A DNA stretch of 7,788 nt from Selaginella moellendorffii (taxonomy: Eukaryota; Plantae; Lycopodiophyta): the NCBI RefSeq assembly GCF_000143415.4, contig NW_003314657.1, positions 1 to 7,788 on the forward strand, in the 5' to 3' direction. The notes under the pieces were generated by a model. It saw nothing but the letters and a program-made list of their open reading frames with translations. It searched no databases and was not told the origin of the DNA. This document shows positions 1 to 7,229 of the stretch, in pieces. A program made the position numbers and the translations under genes. Position 1 is the first letter of the stretch; each line of letters begins with the position of its first letter.

Positions 1-125
1 CATTCTCGGGGCTAGCAAGCCTCAAGTCCTAACTGGGACTTATGGAGGTTGTGAATGAGACTCCTCCAAGTGGTCGGAGGTGCGGTTAAGTGACTAAAGT
101 AAAATGGAAAAATTAGTCGCTTACA
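1..125 (+). repeat. 3' end (U5 side) of upstream LTR
   Basis: Matches 5754-5878 with one mismatch (pos 8 G vs 5761 A); ends AGTCGCTTACA, followed by ACT and the PBS. Confidence 0.85.
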
Positions 126-128
126 ACT

Positions 129-140
129 TGGTATTAGAGC
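129..140 (+). other. Primer binding site (tRNA-iMet type), 11/12 match
   Basis: TGGTATTAGAGC vs the canonical plant TGGTATCAGAGC; located 3 nt downstream of the LTR-terminal CA. Confidence 0.88.
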
Positions 141-3100
141 TGTTCCTTAATCTGATTTTTATAGGTGCTCAAGTATATCACCACTAGCATTGGCATCGGA
201 AGGTCCGAATGAGTGGGCCTATCCTCAAGGAGTAGCAGGTCGGGAAGACATGGCTCTTCATTACAATTCATGTGTGAACTTGTAGACGAAGTGGTAGATA
301 GAAAAGGGCCAATAATGGAACGACTTTGGGATCTTGGGAACAGTGCAAGGTTTTCCTCATTGAGTTGAGGATGTGATCCAGATGAGCGTTTGACTCAGCA
401 AACTGACTGATGTAGTTGTGGTAAACAACTATAGTTGGGATCACAGGGAAGATATAGACTCCAAAACGATAAAGGAGTCACAAGATTACCCTCATGAAGT
501 TGAGGTTGGTGCTCATGAATGGGAGACCAAAAATAATGACCGCGGGAGGTCAAATATGGAAAAGGACTCAAGTCCTTGAAATGGTAGCCAAAGCTACCTC
601 TAATAAATGCTAGAATAACCCAAGGAGTTGGGGGTGTATTTAGAGGATGAGTTGGTATTCTCATCACATGGACAAGTGGTCCTAAGGGGTGAAAGGTTGC
701 CCTTAGAGAACAAATCAAGTGTCGGAGTAACACTTGCAAAAGATGGTCCTTGTGAGTAGGACATAAATACAAGGAGTTGTATTCCAGTGACCTAGCACCT
801 CAAAAGTAGAACCTCATCGGTCATTGGATTAACAAAGTCCAAAAGGTTGAATGACTCCAATAGAGTCAAGGAATAATCCTAAAGGCTTGAGGAAAGCATT
901 TGGATTGAGGTGTGTGGTGCCCCACGAAGGATGGGGAGGATCTTGAGATCCAAGTATGAGAGCAGTATGTATGTCATTGATGGCAGAAGGTGCCATGCTA
1001 AAGTCGTGGGAAAGAGTTTCCCAGAAGAAAACAACTTTGACACAAAGTTGTGCATGAACTCTATGATGCAGTGCTAATGGATAATTGGCATAAGAGACAA
1101 CCATATTGGTTTTGGCAAAAATACCTGGACACAAGTAAGAAGTGTCATAAAGGTAGGCTCGTGGAGCCGATGGTGTGGAGACACCGAAGGTGCCAAGACG
1201 TGCTGCCTTGAGGTCAAGTTGGTGGGTTCACGAGAACCCCATCCAAAAGAATCCCAATAGAAATTGGGAATGGCATAGCCTAAACTGGAAGGCATGCGGT
1301 TAGAGTGTGGTGACCCAGATAATGATGGGGGTGTGGAAGCACCAGCAATGAGTTGTAGGACTTGACAACTATGAGGCAACTAAGCAAAAGGTGCGAAATG
1401 ATTCGTTAAACTGGTAGAAGGAAACTACCTAAGACTTTTTATTGGGATAAAGAAGTTAAATATACCCTTATGAGGGATAAATTGCTTATGCTGCGAAATA
1501 GCAGATCAATGTCGTAAAGGGAATGCTCATTGCCAAAGAGGCCATCATTGGGACACCCAAGCACTCTAGAACACCAGAAGGTGGTGTTTGGTGTCATGAG
1601 GGCAATAGATAATGCCCAAAGGACAAAGTCCTTAGCTAATGAAGGGTAGGAGGTGCTATCCAAATGTCCAAAATTGCGGAGACGGGAGAAGTCCGTCTAC
1701 CCAAATTGGACAAAGCCAAAAGGGGGATTTTGGCAAAGCTAAGGATGGGCATATAAAGGCCCACAAGTAGCAATGGTAATCCTAGGGTATGGGATTATAA
1801 TGTGAGTAAACCCGGATTAAGGAACCACTCCTAGGCTGTCGGGTAGGTTCATCCCTATGAATACTTGCTAAAGCATGGTAGAAAGTGCAAAGCTATCTTC
1901 CTAGTCTAGAGGAGAATGACTGAAGGAAATGTGTGAGGCCAAAAGGCAAGTAGTAAAGGGATAGAACCGAACCATAGGAATTTGACAAGCATGACCACGG
2001 GTGGTTATGCAAGTTGGGAGTGGAGAACTAAGTGGGTGTTTAAGCATGTTGTTACTAACGACCGGGATGCCATGGACAGTAAAAAACATGGGATTGTCCA
2101 TATTAGACTATATAGCAATTGGAAAATTTGGGAAAGGAGAGGCCTTAGCAAGCTAAAGGGACAAAGTTCCTTCAAAAGGTTCCCAAAGACAATTCTAGGT
2201 AGCTAGATACCTAGAAAGCCAAATGTAAATGGTTCATAGAATGCACGAAATCAGAATGGCACAGCAGAAGCGTGGTCTTGAAGTTTGCCATGAGGCAAGG
2301 CTATCAAGATTGGGGAAGTAGTTTTCGAGTGTTCAAAGAGAGGGCTTTGAACGAAAGTCAATGGTTAAGGACTTTCACACTTATGCATGAACCATGTTAC
2401 GGTGGCCTGATGATTTGCTAAGTGAGATTGGCAAGTCGGGGGGAACAACTACCCTAGTTGAAGGTACTAACTTCAAAAGGGCGGACCATGGGGCCTGGCA
2501 TGGAGGAGTCCATGCATGATCACAAACATGTCAAGTGAGAGGATTTGGTAGGGTGGAGGAACTAGGTTCCTAAGCTGTGATCTATAGCGCGCTTTAAATA
2601 TAAGTTGGTGCACCGGCGTGGGGAGTCACGCCAAACATCTGGTGTGATGCCGTCCGTAGATGCATATACGAAGGTTGGGTTTGAGTCTCGACCCTTTAGT
2701 GCTTGGGTTCGAGTCCCAAATCACTAGGGCGTGGTGATGGTTTGGAATATGAGGACACTCATTTTTCGGTGGTCATGGACTCTTAGTGGGGAGGCTGGTT
2801 TGGGCACACCGCCAAGCGAGGGATGCCTCGGAGTCGTGATGCATGGTTAGATTGCTTAGTGTGAAAGCTCAACATATCTAACTTGAACGCTTTGGTGCAA
2901 GTGGCACTAAGGACATGGTGAGTGAGATGGGGACACCTAATCTCAGTTGTTATGGACCCTTGGCCGTAAGGGCTGGCTTGGGTGCACCGCCAAGTGTGGG
3001 GGATGCCCCCAGGGTTATGGTCAACAACTTGAAGGTCTAGAAGACCAAGTACCTCTTGGCAACTCTGTTAGGGTGCCAAGGTGAGATCACTAGGTGATCT

Positions 3101-4179
3101 TATGGCCAAAATAAAGACAAGGTCCTTGGTTGGCTAAAGAATAAAGTTCCTGGTTCAAAATGTTAATTTGAACTATTTAAGATGGTGTGGCTTGGTCAAG
3201 GTGACCAAGTGGGAAGAGCACCTAAGGGAAATAGGCTGTGTCCGTGCGATGGCATAATGAGTCTGAGGAAAGTAGTCTCTATAAGAGACCCATGGGAGGG
3301 TCACGAAGTTGGGCCGTGGATAGAGCCCACAGCAGAAGATGCTAAAGAGACATACTAGGGGTGAATATCCTCCGGACTTGGCAAAGAAGAGTCTTTGCTA
3401 TGGAACCAAAGGGATACCTCGAAAATGGAGGTAGCGATCCTATGTTGCTGGGTGCAACAATTAAGGATAAGAGCAAAAGACTGTGGCTAAATAAAGAGCC
3501 ATGGGAATCATGGGAAAGAATCCAAATGGCAAAGTTAGGCCAAGAACACTAAGGTGTTGAGTGCTAACGGATTGTCGGAAAGGCAATGTGTTCGCAAGGA
3601 TGGATTCCCAATTTGCTTCGATTTGGCAAAAGTGGAAGCTCCAAGGGTGGGAGCAATAAGGTAGCCAAATGATAGGGCCGTGGACAGCCTTAGCACAAAA
3701 TATGATAACTGGAACTTAGTGCCAAAGGTGGCATGAAATCGAACAGAGGATGATGGTGCCCTCAAATAAAAACTTCCTAGGACGGGAAGTGGAGTTGCAC
3801 CATGTGCAATGTAAGGTGTTGGAGACACCTAGGAGATTGACTCTGAGAAGTCAAAATTAAAAGTTCCAAAGTGCAAAGGTTAAATCGATGGGATCTAAGA
3901 ATACTCGAGAATGAGTAGTGGAATTGAGTTAGAGAAGGTGTCTCTAATGGGTTTAGCGAGAACTGAATTAATAAAAGGGAGCAAACCACCCCAAGTGGCC
4001 GAATGAGTCTTTATGTTGGAGAGACTATGCTCCTTAGAGGATGGATAAGGCATGATGAGCCTTCAATGTAAAACCATAGACAAATATTGGCTGAGTGCCA
4101 AGGATGGAAATGGTAACACATGCGGGTGTTACTTTACAAAATGGTTTACCGTTCGATGAGGATATCGAACTTCATCTAT
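141..4179 (+). mobile_element. Non-coding internal domain of the LTR element (purine-rich, hairpin-dense)
   Basis: Lies between PBS and PPT. The longest + strand ORFs are 74 and 63 aa. I found no recognisable DSG/DTG protease, YxDD RT, RNase H or integrase motif by eye. Many short inverted repeats. Confidence 0.75.
2687..3021 (+). repeat. Diverged internal direct repeat, two copies (~2687-2840 and ~2882-3021)
   Basis: Collinear blocks: CACTAGGGCGTGGTGA/CACTAAGGACATGGTGA; ATGAGGACAC/ATGGGGACAC; GTCATGGACTCTT/GTTATGGACCCTT; GGCTGGTTTGGGCACACCGCCAAG/GGCTGGCTTGGGTGCACCGCCAAG; GGATGCC/GGATGCC. Confidence 0.75.
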
Positions 4180-4190
4180 GGGTGGTGGAG
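4180..4190 (+). other. Polypurine tract (PPT)
   Basis: GGGTGGTGGAG, separated by one T from TGTGAG. That hexamer is an imperfect inverted repeat (5/6) of the LTR end CTTACA. Confidence 0.7.
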
Positions 4191-4235
4191 TTGTGAGATA
4201 CAAAATCCCTAGGCCCCAAAGTGGAGCCGAAAGGG

Positions 4236-4245
4236 TGCCACGTGG
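4236..4245. promoter_or_regulatory. G-box/ABRE-like motif in putative U3
   Basis: TGCCACGTGG with the CACGTG core (plant bZIP/bHLH site), 44 nt inside the inferred LTR start. It also overlaps the hairpin GCCAC-GTGGTA-GTGGC, so it may be structural or chance. Confidence 0.35.
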
Positions 4246-4393
4246 TAGTGGCTAAAGCGAAATCCAAACGAGCGTAACACGATTGGACTAAAAGCTCCGA
4301 CTTAAAAGGTCAAGAGCGGGAGTGGAACTCCCAACGAAGTGCTCAAGGAACGAGCACGAAGCGAGCAATAAGCAAGGCTCCAAAAAGGGACCC

Positions 4394-4730
4394 GAGATGG
4401 ATCCCAAGATGGACCCGAGCTGGAGTCCGAAGTGGAGTCCGAGAAGGACCCCGAGATGGAGTCCGAGATGGAGTCTGAGGTGGACCCGAGATGGAGTCCG
4501 AGGTGGACCTGAGATGGACCCGAGATGGATCCCGAGATGGAGTCCGAGATGGAGTCCGAAGTGGACCCAAGATGGACCCGAGATGGAGTTTGAGATGGAG
4601 TCCGAGGTGGACCCGAGATGGACCCAAGATGGAGTCCGAGATGGAGTCCGAGGTGGAATCCGAGGTGGACCCGAGATGGACCCGAGATGGAGTCCGAGAT
4701 GGAGTCCGAGATGGACCTGAGATGGAGTCT
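4394..4730 (+). repeat. Minisatellite of 29 interleaved 11/12-bp units (GAGATGGAGTCC, GAGATGGACCC, GAGGTGGACCC)
   Basis: Parsed unit by unit by hand; contiguous, with no spacers. Confidence 0.97.
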
Positions 4731-4846
4731 GAAGTCAAGACCGAGAGCGAGACCGAGATCGAGATTGGGACCGAGACCGAGACCGAGACCAAGACCAAGG
4801 CCGAGGCCGAGGCCGAGACCAAGCCCAAGTCCGAGTCCGAGTCCGA
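4731..4846 (+). repeat. Hexamer microsatellite (GAGACC/GAGGCC/GAGTCC)n, 19 units plus, running into the gap
   Basis: GAAGTC AAGACC GAGAGC GAGACC ... GAGGCC GAGGCC ... GAGTCC GAGTCC GA[N]. Confidence 0.97.
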
Positions 4847-4946
4847 NNNNNNNNNNNNNNNNNNNNNNNNNNNNNNNNNNNNNNNNNNNNNNNNNNNNNN
4901 NNNNNNNNNNNNNNNNNNNNNNNNNNNNNNNNNNNNNNNNNNNNNN
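4847..4946. other. Assembly gap (exactly 100 N, size probably unknown)
   Basis: 100 consecutive N, the conventional placeholder for unsized scaffold gaps. Confidence 0.99.
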
Positions 4947-5881
4947 AGTAAGGGGGAGGACTACAGTGGAGCTAGTTTGGCCAGGAAAGGTCAGTTTGGC
5001 CCAGGAAGGCCAGACCTAGTGTTGGGTGATGAGCTGCCCATTGGGAAGTCCAAGACTAGAGTGAACATGGACCGACAAGCGGGGTAGCTTGGTGAAGTGT
5101 TCAAGAGCCGACTTTAGTTCCCCCGGGAGATCGATTAGCCGATGTTCCCAATCCAAGTGTGGGTGGCACTACCTATTTGGATACCTGTCGTGGCTCAATG
5201 GAACCTTGCTCTAAGCCCATGGCTAGAGCACCTAAAGGCGAAAGGTGGGGAGAGTACCCAGGAGGCTTGCGTAAGGCCACAGTGTTCCGAAATGTTGTCC
5301 CAAAGTCCCAAACAGTGAAAGGGAAGAGGAGTAGGCCTCTAATGCAGTGACTAAGGATACGGTCATATGGTGAGGAAGTCCCAAAGGATAGTGGGACTTA
5401 GTGGTCGGGCCTGTGGGCCTTGATCCAGTGGCAGTGTTGGCGAACACGGCCATGGACTAAAAGAGACTTGGTGAGGACTGGAAAAGAGTTGTCGGGGAAG
5501 GCTATTCCCCATGTCTGCGGGCATCCTAAAGATGCTAAGGAGTAGATCTGGGATGATCACTCACGGACGGATGGCCCAGTCTTTGAGATACAGGACTATG
5601 ATGCAGGTGGCGTTAGACCACCGATGTGACCAAGGTGAAAGGGCATGGCCTAGCGTAACGGGCTGGTATGTTGGTGGTACCTTGGAGTGCCGATCATGGG
5701 ATCGAACATGTGGAGCACTTGGACCAAGTGCAAAGGTGGAGTGGCATGGATGCCATTCTCAGGGCTAGCAAGCCTCAAGTCCTAACTGGGACTTATGGAG
5801 GTTGTGAATGAGACTCCTCCAAGTGGTCGGAGGTGCGGTTAAGTGACTAAAGTAAAATGGAAAAATTAGTCGCTTACAACT

Positions 5882-5893
5882 TGGTATTAGAGC
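5882..5893 (+). other. Second primer binding site (tRNA-iMet type)
   Basis: TGGTATTAGAGC, 3 nt after the LTR-terminal CA (5877-5878); identical to 129-140. Confidence 0.88.
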
Positions 5894-7164
5894 TGTTCCT
5901 TAATCTGACTTTTATTAGTGCTCAAGTATATCACCACTAGCATTGGCATCGGAAGGTCAGAGGAGTGGGCCTATCCTCGAGGAGTAGCAGGTCGGGAAGA
6001 CATGGCTCTTCATTACAATTCATGTGTGAACTTGTAGACGAAGTGGTAGATAGAAAAGGGCCAATAATGGAACGACTTTGGGATCTTGGGAACAGTGCAA
6101 GGTTTTCCTCATTGAGTTGAGGATGTGATCCAAATGAGCGTTTGACTCAGCAAACTGACTGATGTAGTTGTGGTAAACAACTATAGTTGGGATCACAGGG
6201 AAGATATAGACTCCAAAACGATAAAGGAGTCACAAGATTACCCTCATGAAGTTGAGGTTGGTGCTCATGAATGGGAGACCAAAAATAATGACCGCGGGAG
6301 GTCAAATATGGAAAAGGACTCAAGTCCTTGAAATGGTAGCCAAAGCTACCTCTAATAAATGCTAGAATAACCCAAGGAGTTGGGGGTGTATTTAGAGGAT
6401 GAGTTGGTATTCTCATCACATGGACAAGTGGTCCTAAGGGGTGAAAGGTTGCCCTTAAAGAACAAATCAAGTGTCGGAGTAACACTTGCAAAAGATGGTC
6501 CTTGTGAGTAGGACATAAATACAAGGAGTTGTATTCCAGTGACCTAGCACCTCAAAAGTAGGACCTCATCGGTCGTTGGATTAACAAAGTCCAAAAGGTT
6601 GAATGACTCCAATAGAGTCAAGGAATAATCCTAAAGGCTTGAGGAAAGCATTTGGATTGAGGTGTGTGGTGCCCCACGAAGGATGGGGAGGATCTTGAGA
6701 TCCAAGTATGAAAGCAGTATGTATGTCATTGATGGCAGAAGGTGCTATGCTAAAGTCGTGGGAAAGAGTTTCCCAGAAGAAAACAACTTTGACACAAAGT
6801 TGTGCATGAACTCTATGATGCAGTGCTAATGGATAATTGGCATAAGAGACAACCATATTGGTTTTGGCAAAAATACCTGGACACAAGTAAGAAGTGTCAT
6901 AAAGGTAGGCTCGTGGAGCCGATGGTGTGGAGACACCGAAGGTGCCAAGACGTACTGCCTTGAGGTCAAGTTGGCGGGTTCACGAGAACCCCATCCAAAA
7001 GAATCCCAATAGAAATTGGGAATGGCATAGCCTAAACTGGAAGGCATGCGGTTAGAGTGTGGTGACCCAAATAATGATGGGGGTGTGGAAGCACCAGCAA
7101 TGAGTTGTAGGACTTGACAACTATGAGGCAACTAAACAAAAGGTGCAAAATGATTCGTTAAACT
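5894..7164 (+). repeat. Second, 3'-truncated copy of the internal domain (=141-1412)
   Basis: Offset is 5753, then 5752 after a 1-nt indel. About 19 differences over 1-1412 vs 5754-7164 by manual count (~98.6%). Homology stops sharply after GATTCGTTAAACT. Confidence 0.97.
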
Positions 7165-7229
7165 CGAGGGTGAAAGCCCAAAGAGTTCGTCTCCTAGACC
7201 CTAGGGCGTTTGGTGAGCTCCAAAAGTAT

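Larger units (their letters stand above)
1..5878 (+). mobile_element. Non-autonomous LTR retroelement unit (LTR-PBS-non-coding internal domain-PPT-LTR), LARD-like; 5' LTR extends left of the window
   Basis: Seen: direct repeat 1-125 = 5754-5878 ending ...CTTACA; PBS-like TGGTATTAGAGC 3 nt after the CA; purine tract GGGTGGTGGAG followed by T-TGTGAG at 4192; no long + strand ORF between PBS and PPT. Established: TG...CA LTR ends, tRNA-iMet PBS and PPT define plant LTR retrotransposons, and LARDs are non-coding derivatives of several kb. Inference: a Ty3/gypsy chromovirus (Galadriel-like) origin is suggested only by PBS/PPT style and is unverified. Confidence 0.8.
4192..5878 (+). repeat. LTR (TG...CA), preceded by a PPT and followed by a PBS; interrupted by satellite and a 100-N gap, so true length is unknown
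   Basis: 5' TGTGAGATAC follows the PPT, and 3' CGCTTACA precedes the PBS. 5754-5878 matches 1-125; 4947-5506 matches 7230-7788. The 5' boundary is inferred from PPT+TG only, because no second copy of that end is in the window. Confidence 0.72.

Noticed and set aside
395-1379. Minus-strand ORFs of 101-125 aa, repeated at 6147-7131
   Set aside because: No recognisable domain, and antisense to the element. They recur only because the DNA is ~99% duplicated.
905-1560. Faint gag/protease-like echoes (LRCVVPHEGWGGS*DP at 905-952; ECGDPD near 1303-1320; QINVVKGMLI near 1502)
   Set aside because: Too weak. There is no CX2CX4HX4C knuckle or D[ST]G motif, and stops are frequent. A frameshift-aware search against REXdb/GyDB profiles would be needed to accept decayed gag-pol ancestry.
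2640-2725. tRNA gene
   Set aside because: Only a T-arm-like hairpin; no acceptor, D or anticodon stems.
1982-3989. Short ORFs (63-97 aa) in the internal domain, and similar ones in the LTR copies
   Set aside because: Lengths expected by chance, with no motifs. The LTR ORFs are not kept in frame between the two copies.
4394-4846. CRISPR-like array
   Set aside because: Units are 6-12 bp and contiguous, with no unique spacers and no cas genes.
4322-5087. ORFs of 132-198 aa with SPRW/MESE/RPRP repeats
   Set aside because: Translations of the mini/microsatellite, open in several frames and on both strands; two run through the N gap.
5024-5406. Hammerhead ribozyme / retrozyme (GTGATGAG near 5025, GTGAGGA near 5370; also CTGATGA at 2407)
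   Set aside because: I found no CTGANGA-stem-GAAA core on either strand, and the element is far longer than described retrozymes. The gap cannot be inspected.
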